Assembly (NCBI GenBank): GCA_048938105.1
Contig: JBHLMN010000007.1
Location: forward strand, 96,001-160,000
Direction: 5' to 3'
From: Promethearchaeota archaeon
Lineage (GTDB): Archaea; Asgardarchaeota; Heimdallarchaeia; Hodarchaeales; Hodarchaeaceae
DNA: 64,000 bases
Below the pieces are notes generated by a model. The model ran no database searches and was not told the origin of the DNA. It saw only the letters and a list, made by a program, of their open reading frames with translations. Positions 30,062 through 39,112 of the stretch are shown piece after piece. Each line of letters starts with the position of its first letter. Within the stretch, counting starts at the first letter, position 1. The position numbers were made by a program, and so were the translations under genes.

Positions 30062-30622
30062 TTATTTGGTCTCCATAAAGATTTTCAGGGGGCCAAAATG
30101 TAAGAAATCACAACGATGGATAATTTCACCTTCGATTGTCCGTCCTGGTCCTTTATCTCCTTCCCAAGAGTGTTGATAAATATTCTGCATGACTTCATAT
30201 GGAAGTTCGTGTTTCATTGCTAGACCAGCTCCTGTTACTGGGTGTCTAAGCCTGTTACCTGTTTTAGATTTCACTACTTTTCCATCTGATGTCTGAGCAA
30301 ATTCGATTGGTTTGCCTATATCGTGTAGAATGGCACTAGCGATAAGAATATCATGATTAATGGGAATGCCCTGCTTTTCCAGCAAATTGGCTGATTGATG
30401 AGCCAGATTTGTTACAATTTTTACATGATCAACAAAACTCACCTTTACTTCAGGAATAACAAGTGTAAAAGGAAATTCCATATTTTTCCATCCACGTCCA
30501 TCGTTACCCATTTTAAGGGCTTCCACACATACATCTATGACCTTCTGCTGTAAATTTTGGTCTGAAATCAGATCTAACTGATTCGAAAATACTTCTCGTA
30601 CGTATTCTTCCAATATTTTCAC
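30062..30622 (-). CDS. HD-domain phosphohydrolase
   Basis: H...LHDIGKP; RHP; HS; CD. Confidence 0.88.
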   Translation of the reverse strand: MKILEEYVREVFSNQLDLISDQNLQQKVIDVCVEALKMGNDGRGWKNMEFPFTLVIPEVKVSFVDHVKIVTNLAHQSANLLEKQGIPINHDILIASAILHDIGKPIEFAQTSDGKVVKSKTGNRLRHPVTGAGLAMKHELPYEVMQNIYQHSWEGDKGPGRTIEGEIIHRCDFLHFGPLKIFMETK

Positions 30623-30824
30623 CTGGATGTATTATAATCTCTTGATTACTCCATTAATCTACAATTTAAAACTAAAAAGGATGAAATCGTCAATCGAATA
30701 AACATTATTATAATTCATCACCAGTTCTGATATAATACCAACAGGCAATTTCTAATTTATCCACAGATTTATAGGATTATATCACTTAATTTGGCGAAAA
30801 TTTTGTTTAATTAACAGATCAGAT

Positions 30825-32906
30825 TTAAAATCCCATCAAATAACTGAGTTTGATTAGTCTTCGTCTTCGATGTCTTCGACCCCATCTCCGCCGCCGTCTT
30901 CGTCGTTGCCTTTCTTTGTCTTCTTCCTTCCTCTTTTTTCTTCGTCTTCGACGTCGTTTTCGTCGTATATCTTCTTCTTTTTCTTCTTCTTCATTCCTCT
31001 TCTTTTCTTTCTCTTGTCGGTACACCAAAAATCCTTCAACTAAGAAAAAAGAGGCAGCCAAAAAAAGGAGAATAAGACCTAAAGGGATAGAAACAAACCA
31101 ATTCATTTCAAAATCCATTTGCATAAATTGAGAAAACGTTAGATCGGTGTTTGGAAGTACAGGTTCCGCTTCCACAGGAATTGAGCCCAATCCAAGTGTA
31201 AATAAATACCAAAGCATTTCTATTGCAATTAAAGCAATTACTAAAACACCTGCAACTGTTTCATGGTTTTTGCGATATTCACGAATTACCAAATATGACA
31301 AGATAAGCAATAAAAACCAAGTTCCAACAGTTATAAGCCCATGGAGCCAATCAGCAGGATGAGACATGAAAGTATCAGGAAGAAAATACCAATGACCATT
31401 TGTATGCTTGAAAAAATAGAACATTTCATCGATTGTATGATGAATAGGAAGCATAAAAAAATAAGGACTTCGCGAACTCACCTCTGCTCTTGAGTATGAA
31501 AGAAAAGGGTTCTGACCAGAGGTCATTTTTATATCAACTTCAATAATTCTCCCTAATAGTGGTACGCTTGTAAATACTGTGGCACTCATATCAATAAGAA
31601 TCATAGGGCTAATAAGTCCCAGAATAAATAGTATAAATCCAAAATAATGCTTAATAAACTGAGGGCTTTCTTTGATGACAATACGATAATTTTTCTTGAT
31701 TCTGTAAAAATAGTCGTTAAATATCAGTTTTATAGAAATATAAGGTTCAGGATAAGCTTCAAATAATGAATGATCTGAAAAAAACTGCTTTCCAGAAACA
31801 AAAATCATGATTCCTAAAAGAACACTCTTGATACCTATTTTTACTAGGGATCCCCAGAAATCACTGTAAAGAATTGTATGATCGATGAAAAGAATAAACC
31901 CAGAGGGAATTAGTGGAAGAAGAAAAAAAAGATTATAAATTATTTTTCTACTTTGTCCATCTTTATACAACTGAAAATCAAGGAGTGTATTTAACCAGGT
32001 GGGTACTGATGAGGTTGTCCAGAAAGTCGCTATCCCATCAAAAATAATATAGAAAAGGAGAATTATTCCAATAGAAGTAATAATAAAGATTGAAATATTA
32101 AAGTATTCTTTAAATTGAGAAATAATAGGATTAAATTTTATCAGATAACGAAAATAAATTATTAAATTAACTAAACCCTTTAGAAGGACTGGATATCGTA
32201 CCTTTTGGGTCTTTAAATATACAATCGCTAGAATTAATCCACTAACTATTCGAATGGAGAAATCCCAGATGGCTTGCTCTTCTGAATATTCGACAAGATT
32301 TAAGAGAAAGGGGGGTATACTATAGATTATGGAAGATATTATTAATATCCAGCCTAGTCTGAACCGTTTCTTTATTAAAGCTTGAATTGTTGCTTTTCTG
32401 TATAATAACTCTTCATAAACAGGTATAATTATTATTAATAATAGAATCAATGACAATTGATATTCTATATATCCAATTGCTATTCTTGACATCACAATCT
32501 CTGGCCAGACTTTAATAATATCTGCTGTATCTGATATTATGAGTAAAGAGCTACTTAAATTCTCCAATAGGAAACTAATACATCCCACATAAAGTAAAAT
32601 TACTATAAAAAGAAAACTTCGTGAGCTTATGTCAGATTGGAGTTCGATCTCATATGTTCTAAGTTTTTTGTTAAATAATAAGACTAAAACGAGAATACTA
32701 ATTCCTTTTGCTATAATCATTTTTACAATATGTAAGAATTCATTAGAGTAGGAGAATAAATCACTATTAATCTGCCTGAAGCTTATTATGAAAAATTCTA
32801 TTATTATGCTAAGAATAGATTCGATTGAAAGAATTAATAAGACTAATAGAACGGGTAAAAATAAAATTTTATTAATCTTCTTAGCAAATAACATGGGAAT
32901 AACCAT
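30825..32906 (-). CDS. Polytopic membrane protein with degenerate CPBP (Abi/Rce1) domain and highly charged C-terminal tail
   Basis: PVYEELLYRK retained; the FxxxH and HxxxN motifs appear replaced (IYSIPP, KGLVN). Confidence 0.7.
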   Translation of the reverse strand: MVIPMLFAKKINKILFLPVLLVLLILSIESILSIIIEFFIISFRQINSDLFSYSNEFLHIVKMIIAKGISILVLVLLFNKKLRTYEIELQSDISSRSFLFIVILLYVGCISFLLENLSSSLLIISDTADIIKVWPEIVMSRIAIGYIEYQLSLILLLIIIIPVYEELLYRKATIQALIKKRFRLGWILIISSIIYSIPPFLLNLVEYSEEQAIWDFSIRIVSGLILAIVYLKTQKVRYPVLLKGLVNLIIYFRYLIKFNPIISQFKEYFNISIFIITSIGIILLFYIIFDGIATFWTTSSVPTWLNTLLDFQLYKDGQSRKIIYNLFFLLPLIPSGFILFIDHTILYSDFWGSLVKIGIKSVLLGIMIFVSGKQFFSDHSLFEAYPEPYISIKLIFNDYFYRIKKNYRIVIKESPQFIKHYFGFILFILGLISPMILIDMSATVFTSVPLLGRIIEVDIKMTSGQNPFLSYSRAEVSSRSPYFFMLPIHHTIDEMFYFFKHTNGHWYFLPDTFMSHPADWLHGLITVGTWFLLLILSYLVIREYRKNHETVAGVLVIALIAIEMLWYLFTLGLGSIPVEAEPVLPNTDLTFSQFMQMDFEMNWFVSIPLGLILLFLAASFFLVEGFLVYRQEKEKKRNEEEEKEEDIRRKRRRRRRKKRKEEDKERQRRRRRRRWGRRHRRRRLIKLSYLMGF
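30850..31020 (-). repeat. Low-complexity GAA/GAC/CGA triplet tract
   Basis: Purine-rich triplets; Arg/Lys-rich in the annotated frame, Asp/Glu-rich in the neighbouring frame. Confidence 0.75.
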
Positions 32907-33155
32907 ATTAACAGTAATACTTGAAGTATGTAAGATTATTTATCAGATAAGTTCAGTCTATTTTTTCACCATTCTTCTAAAAGATAATTGATGAAATTTG
33001 TCAGAAAAATAGTTAATTTAACAGAATTTTAATATTTCCCTTTTTGATTAATGAATTGAATTTTCACTCCTGATTGACAAAGTAACTTGTCTCTTTAAAT
33101 CAATACATAAAAAAAGAAAGAGAAATAAAAAAAAGAGTGAAATGGGAGACTAAAA

Positions 33156-35054
33156 CTACTTTTCTCGGCGTTTAATTATTACTGCAATTGCAGCAAATAT
33201 TAAAAGCGCTGGTACAATGGAGAAACCTGGGGTGATGCCAGCTCCACCATCCTCTTCTCCTTCTCCTTCTGTGTCTTCAGGTAGACTTGATGGATCAGGG
33301 AGTTCCTCAAAATCTTGGTTTCTAAGATATGCAGCCAAGTCGAGACTAAGAGAACCATCGCCAAAATAAGTATAGCCATAATCGTCTGTATAATAAGGGA
33401 ATTCAACGAGAACTAAATCAGCCTCAATATCTAAACCCAAGCCTACTATTAAACCTTCATCAGTATACATCAACCATGCATTAATGTCTACCATTACATC
33501 AGCATAGGGTCTTTGTGAGATTGGAAATGGAAAGTCTTCCCAGTCAGTAGTATTCCATTCAACATTAGCAACGCCTGAAAGGTAAAAAACTTTGTAATCT
33601 TTGTTTGCTCGCATTTCATAAACAAAATCGAATTCATTGATGGTCATACCAATGGCAGCAAGTTCTTCTTCTGCTGAAGAAACAGTAACTGAGGATTCAA
33701 TTATGTCTAAGATTTCCGAAATACTAAGTATGGATGATTGCCACATATCCCAATCAGGGGTTATACCAGGAGCAAATGGTATTATTCCACCTGGTCCTCC
33801 ATCTTCAGGTACATAAAATAGCCAGTCTTTCCAGGGACCTGAACCTCTGTATTTAGATACGGGATTACCTGTGAAACCATTCCACCACATTCCTTCTACA
33901 TCGTTTCCATCATAGACATCAACAGCGGTCTCATAATAACAACCATCGACATCTGTGATTTCAAATTCAAAGATTTCTTCACCGATCATATCGTCAGCTT
34001 CGTCTTCATAATAATCTAGTGGGTCCGTAACATCGCTATTGTTCATGAATCCTGAAACATCGTATGAAAAAGACATATCGTCCATTTCAAGGGTAATTTT
34101 TTCATCCTCATCGATTTCTTCTGGGAGTGGGTTGGCTCTTTTCTCCTTAAAAGTGATATCAACATCCATGGTAAGTTCTTTGCCATTCTTCACTAGACTT
34201 CCTTTAACTTGACCACTTACTCTCTTTAAAATACCTGCATAATCCCCTTTTTCATGCCAAGCTATTTCGAGATCTAGGTCAAGATCTGGTTCAAATCCAA
34301 TAGCTGGAGGAGCGGTTACTTCAGTAGTAGTAGAAGTTTCAGTATGAGTGGTAGAAGTATCAGTAGGAGCAGTAGAACTATCAGTAGGAGTAGTAGTAGT
34401 TTCAGCAGCAGCTAAGTAAGCACCCGAACCAACATGACCCGTGACTTCTACTATGAATTCACCGTCTTCTATATTGACATCGAGGTCAACATTGAGATTC
34501 ATTTTAGCTAATACATCATTGAGATCCTCAAACATCTTCTCATATTCATCCCACTCGTCAGGATCAAGATAGAATGGAAGTCCTGGCTCATAATTAACCT
34601 CAAAATCCTCTTCGTAAAAATCCAGATAATCACTTCCAAAAATTGTCGCATTGGGGAGACTTAGGCCAACTCCTTCAGGAATTATGAGCTTGTTACCGAA
34701 GACCTCAGTGATTTCCGGTGGGGCATTTTCGGGGAATGGAATTTCGATGTCTTCTCCTAGAATAACATAAGAATTAAGGACATAGAACCCTCCGTTATCA
34801 TCTAGAGCCATTACTTTCATGGCTAAAGTGCTGCCTGTTAGATCAACAACGAGGTCTCCTAATGAATATCCCATGGGAAGTTCTATCAGTTCTCCCAGTA
34901 TATCTTCGACAGGAACCTCAAATTTGTTAACATCATAAATGAATGTGTCACCTGCTGTCATAACATCTTCATCTATATCTGCTAACCCTATTGATGGAAC
35001 CAATAATAACAAAAGAATACTTGTCGCTACTAAAAATGGATTTTTTCTTTTCAT
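33156..35054 (-). CDS. Highly acidic cell-surface (S-layer-like) protein with PGF-type C-terminal sorting signal
   Basis: Signal peptide, D/E-rich, internal Thr tract, two repeated domains (PGLPFYL..DEW / PFAPGITPDW), ITPGFS-TM-KRREK. Confidence 0.8.
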   Translation of the reverse strand: MKRKNPFLVATSILLLLLVPSIGLADIDEDVMTAGDTFIYDVNKFEVPVEDILGELIELPMGYSLGDLVVDLTGSTLAMKVMALDDNGGFYVLNSYVILGEDIEIPFPENAPPEITEVFGNKLIIPEGVGLSLPNATIFGSDYLDFYEEDFEVNYEPGLPFYLDPDEWDEYEKMFEDLNDVLAKMNLNVDLDVNIEDGEFIVEVTGHVGSGAYLAAAETTTTPTDSSTAPTDTSTTHTETSTTTEVTAPPAIGFEPDLDLDLEIAWHEKGDYAGILKRVSGQVKGSLVKNGKELTMDVDITFKEKRANPLPEEIDEDEKITLEMDDMSFSYDVSGFMNNSDVTDPLDYYEDEADDMIGEEIFEFEITDVDGCYYETAVDVYDGNDVEGMWWNGFTGNPVSKYRGSGPWKDWLFYVPEDGGPGGIIPFAPGITPDWDMWQSSILSISEILDIIESSVTVSSAEEELAAIGMTINEFDFVYEMRANKDYKVFYLSGVANVEWNTTDWEDFPFPISQRPYADVMVDINAWLMYTDEGLIVGLGLDIEADLVLVEFPYYTDDYGYTYFGDGSLSLDLAAYLRNQDFEELPDPSSLPEDTEGEGEEDGGAGITPGFSIVPALLIFAAIAVIIKRREK

Positions 35055-35213
35055 TCTAATTTCCTCATTTTTTCAAGAAGTCTTTATATCATAAAGATTC
35101 ATGTAAGATTCCATCTTATGAAAAGATATAAGATTTTCTAAATTATTTATAAAAAAATATTGAATGAAGAATTAAAGTTGTATTAAAGATATTAGTTTCA
35201 AATTCATATCACA

Positions 35214-35879
35214 TTACTGAGATTCTTTATGATTCAATTCAGCCAATTTGACACGAGTCACGAGAAATAGTAACCAGCTAGGTAGCAGTATAATCATGGA
35301 GAAAGCCGAATTAAATCCTAAATCACAAGCAATCAAAATTAAAGCTAATCCTACAAATAAGCTAATGTGTTGGATTAACCTAACATTAGGTTTGAGGTTA
35401 ATTAAATATCTGCTATAGGACATAATTATCAATATTAATCCCATTAATAAGAATATCTTTGTTAAATCTGCATTAAAAAGATTCGGACTTAAAAAATATA
35501 CTAAGAGGATGAATTCTGCAATAAGAATGCTTAAAACACTTCCAAAGCACCCAGAACATATAGAGTAAGACCCAATTTTGAATTCGTGATTAGTTTGAAG
35601 AAAAGGAGCGTGATGACAAAGGTTCACTGTGTAGGAAGGAATCACTCCTGAGAAGTATAGATGCAATTGAAGGAGTCTGGGAATGATTGCCAATCCAGCA
35701 AACATGAACATTCCGATTAGAAATTGTCGAGTAATCCATTCTTCATCTAAAGGACTTGAATAACTATTGTTTAAAACTGTAATTATAATAAAACTAATTA
35801 TCAAAATAATAAAAGGAGTACCAATAGTTAGAGCTTTCTTTATTAAAATACTCAAAGTGAGGCATCCTAAATTTGGCAA
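35214..35879 (-). CDS. Membrane protein, DUF2085-like
   Basis: LCHH...ICSGCFG motif between TM helices. Confidence 0.55.
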   Translation of the reverse strand: MPNLGCLTLSILIKKALTIGTPFIILIISFIIITVLNNSYSSPLDEEWITRQFLIGMFMFAGLAIIPRLLQLHLYFSGVIPSYTVNLCHHAPFLQTNHEFKIGSYSICSGCFGSVLSILIAEFILLVYFLSPNLFNADLTKIFLLMGLILIIMSYSRYLINLKPNVRLIQHISLFVGLALILIACDLGFNSAFSMIILLPSWLLFLVTRVKLAELNHKESQ

Positions 35880-35964
35880 TTAACCTTAGTGATAATGAAA
35901 TTTAAAACTACTTAGAAATTTATGTTATTGAAGTTGATTAAGAATTAACACCTTGGGGAACCTT

Positions 35965-36960
35965 ATGAAAATTATGGTAACTGGTGGAACAGGGTTTATA
36001 GGAAGTCACATTGTGGACGCTCTGGAAAGAAGTTTTCCTCCTTCGAACATTTCATTGATAGTACGGGATTTAACGAAAGCAAACATGAGATCAAAAGCTG
36101 GATTGTCTATTTTTCAAGGAGATATTACTAATCCTAATTCATTAAATTATGCAATGAATGATTTTCATCCTAATGTGATTATTCATGTGGCCGCCCTTGC
36201 AGATGATTGGGCTCCCCTTTCGCGATTAATGGAGGTCAACGCCCAAGGTACTCAAAATGTTATTGATGCAATGGTTCAATCGAATTCAGCGCACTTTATA
36301 ATACACATTTCCTCCTCAGGGGTTTATCCACGAAAAACATCAATTCACTTAACAGAAGATACTCCGTATGGCCCCTATGGTAACTATCACAAATCTAAAG
36401 TTGTTGCTGAAAAGATAGTCAAGGATGCTATCGAAAAGAAACTCATAGATGCGACCATTATACGACCTCCTAATGTAATGGGAATTAGAGATTTTACACA
36501 TATGGCAAAAATGTGTCAAGTGATCAAAAAGGGAAAATTTCCAATGATACGTAATGGACAAGCCCTGCAAACATGGGTTGCCGCCACAGATTTAGCTCGA
36601 GCTGTAATTCTTGTTATAAATCAACAAGATAAAGCGATTGGTCAGATATATAACATAAAATCTTTTGAAATTACGGTAAAAGAATTATATGACCAAATTG
36701 CTACTAAATTAAATGTTTTAGAACCTCCGAAGAATTATCCTTATTTTCTGGCATATATTGTAGGCTTTATCTCTGAGATTATTGGAAAAATTAAACATAA
36801 GCCATCAACTCTCAATCGTTACCGTATTATTAAATTCGGCAAAAACCGTCTTTTTGACGATTCAAAAATCCATTCTGAACTAGGTTACCACCCTGAAACA
36901 TCAGCAGAAGAAACAATCACTGCTACAGTTGAATGGTTACTAAAAGAAGGGATCGTATAA
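35965..36960 (+). CDS. NAD-dependent epimerase/dehydratase (extended SDR, 3-beta-HSD-like)
   Basis: TGGTGFIG, YHKSK, IRP..V.G. Confidence 0.92.
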   Translation: MKIMVTGGTGFIGSHIVDALERSFPPSNISLIVRDLTKANMRSKAGLSIFQGDITNPNSLNYAMNDFHPNVIIHVAALADDWAPLSRLMEVNAQGTQNVIDAMVQSNSAHFIIHISSSGVYPRKTSIHLTEDTPYGPYGNYHKSKVVAEKIVKDAIEKKLIDATIIRPPNVMGIRDFTHMAKMCQVIKKGKFPMIRNGQALQTWVAATDLARAVILVINQQDKAIGQIYNIKSFEITVKELYDQIATKLNVLEPPKNYPYFLAYIVGFISEIIGKIKHKPSTLNRYRIIKFGKNRLFDDSKIHSELGYHPETSAEETITATVEWLLKEGIV

Positions 36961-36983
36961 GAATAAATGCAGGTTGTGAACGT

Positions 36984-37481
36984 ATGGAAGCATTATATAT
37001 CGTTAAAACACTCTGTTATGCCCTAGAGAATCAAATGCATTTTGTGACCCGTGATTTAGACATAAAAGATTTACGCTGGAGACCAGAAATTGGTTCACCA
37101 GCAATAGGGTGGACGGTAGGGCATGTGCTCGTTAATCATGATTTTATTGCAAACCACAGATTTTGTGGTAATCTCATAACTCTCTCTGATGAGTATATTA
37201 CAACTTTTGGAATGGGCTCAAAAGGCGACTTCCCTAAGACATTTACTTTAGAAGATCTATTTGATAAATTTAAGCTTGTGAATGGAAAAATAACAAGAAA
37301 ACTAGATTCTGAAACTAATGATTGGCTTGAGGAATCTTTTGATGACTCTGGTTTTCCCCCAAATTGGCAAAATAAAAATATTGGAAAAGCATTCATTTTA
37401 CATTTCAACCATGAATTCACTCATGCGGGGCAGATCTTAGAAGTTCGACGCATGCGGGGTTGTGAAGCATGGGGATTCTAA
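36984..37481 (+). CDS. DinB family protein
   Basis: IGWTVGH ... HEFTHAGQI. Confidence 0.88.
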   Translation: MEALYIVKTLCYALENQMHFVTRDLDIKDLRWRPEIGSPAIGWTVGHVLVNHDFIANHRFCGNLITLSDEYITTFGMGSKGDFPKTFTLEDLFDKFKLVNGKITRKLDSETNDWLEESFDDSGFPPNWQNKNIGKAFILHFNHEFTHAGQILEVRRMRGCEAWGF

Positions 37482-37511
37482 AAACTCTGTGAATTACGAA
37501 GAGGAAATATT

Positions 37512-38537
37512 TTGCTTCAAAATATTGAAAGAATTGTAAGAGTAGAATGGATTGCTCAAGAACTTCTACAACGATTTGAAACATCTGGCCCATTAATTGA
37601 AACAATCATTGATATCTTTCCAGATAATGTCCAGATAAAAGAGGAAACCTACAAACCATCTCATTATCTCATTATCCAAGGATCTTTTGATCCTCCAACT
37701 TTATCGCATATAGATCTTATTTCTAAAGCAATTGACCACCGTTTTAAACTCGATCCGTCAGATAAATTTAAAGTTATACTCTTACTTTCTCTTTCTCATG
37801 TAGATAAAAAAATAAATGTCATAAATCGCTCATTGCTAGGTTATCGAGTTGAGATGTTGGAGACATCATTTTCTTATCTTAAACCAAAGATACCTATTTC
37901 AATTGGTTTGTCAAATGTGGCACGATACATTGATTTGATAGATGCAACTCAGCAATTTTCTATTAATGTGAAAAAAATTTCTTTTATCATGGGAATGGAT
38001 GTCTTTAAAAAACTTCTGGATCCTTATTATTACTCAAAGTCTTTAGATCAAGTATTACCCTTGATTTTTAGAGCTGATTATCTAATTGCAGGTAGAGAAG
38101 ACGTTTTCTCAAGAGAAGAATTTAATATATTCCTCAATGAACATTTACATCACCAATTTCATAAAAACATTCATTTCTTATCAATGCCAAAATCCTATAG
38201 ATTTCTTAATGCAACCGCTATTCGAGAAAAATATTCTAAAAAGCAATCTATTCAGGAGACTTATCTTCATTCCACAGTAAAAAAATATCTAGAAAAGAAT
38301 AATATATACTATTTAACTTCTAAACGGATAGCAACAAAAATAGCAATCCAATTAGTTGTACATTTGACATTAACAGCTGGTAAAGATCAATTAACAGCTA
38401 TAAAAATCTTGGAACAGTTGTTACCGGAAATTGAGAGTGATACTTCGCTCCAACAGAAATTAATTTCTGAGTACAAAATAGGAAAAAAGGGGGAAATTAG
38501 AAAAAAATGGATTCAAATAAGCAACCTAATTTCATAA
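37512..38537 (+). CDS. Nicotinamide/nicotinate mononucleotide adenylyltransferase (NadD/Pof1-like)
   Basis: GSFDPPTLSH, LSLSHVDK, MGMD...LLDP.YY, NATAIR. Confidence 0.8.
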   Translation: MLQNIERIVRVEWIAQELLQRFETSGPLIETIIDIFPDNVQIKEETYKPSHYLIIQGSFDPPTLSHIDLISKAIDHRFKLDPSDKFKVILLLSLSHVDKKINVINRSLLGYRVEMLETSFSYLKPKIPISIGLSNVARYIDLIDATQQFSINVKKISFIMGMDVFKKLLDPYYYSKSLDQVLPLIFRADYLIAGREDVFSREEFNIFLNEHLHHQFHKNIHFLSMPKSYRFLNATAIREKYSKKQSIQETYLHSTVKKYLEKNNIYYLTSKRIATKIAIQLVVHLTLTAGKDQLTAIKILEQLLPEIESDTSLQQKLISEYKIGKKGEIRKKWIQISNLIS

Positions 38538-39112
38538 GAGAACTCCAAACAATTATTAGCAAACCTAAACAAATAGAAAATACGTACCCAATGTCTTATG
38601 GATTACTTCATCGATATACTAAAGAAATTATTATTCCTATGATGCATCAAAAGGATTTAACAATTGCCACAGTTGAATTAACAACCTGTGGTCTCATTAG
38701 TGATCTCCTAACAGGATCTAGTGGGGCTTCACAGATTTTTATTCTTGGAATGACCCCCTACTCAAATGAGATGAAGATTAAATTAGGAATACCCCGCGAG
38801 GATTTATCATTCAAGGGTTATGGGGTTGCGTCTCCTGAGATCGCTAAACAACTGTCACAGCGAATAAGGGATTATTCAGGAGCAAAAATTGGCTTGGCAG
38901 AGACTGGATTAATAACATCAGCAGAATTAAGGAAAAGAAGAACAAAGAAGGAAGCTGGTGAGGTATATGCAGCTATAACTTTCAACGAGGAAGTGTCAGT
39001 TACAAAATTACAGATCCAAAAAGGTCTGAAACGAAGAGAAATGCGCCAAGAAATAGCTTTCCGTGTTTTACGATTTCTAGAATCTTTTTTGACTCCTTTA
39101 GGAACCGATTAA
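38507..39112 (+). CDS. CinA C-terminal / PncC-like protein (catalytic Ser apparently lost)
   Basis: IATVELTTCGLI (canonical TAESCTGG), GAS, YSNEMK, ETG. Confidence 0.82.
   Translation: MDSNKQPNFIRELQTIISKPKQIENTYPMSYGLLHRYTKEIIIPMMHQKDLTIATVELTTCGLISDLLTGSSGASQIFILGMTPYSNEMKIKLGIPREDLSFKGYGVASPEIAKQLSQRIRDYSGAKIGLAETGLITSAELRKRRTKKEAGEVYAAITFNEEVSVTKLQIQKGLKRREMRQEIAFRVLRFLESFLTPLGTD

Noticed and set aside
30850-31131. Plus-strand Arg/Ser/Phe-rich 93-aa ORF and minus-strand 61-aa ORF
   Set aside because: Shadow frames of the low-complexity tract in the CPBP gene.
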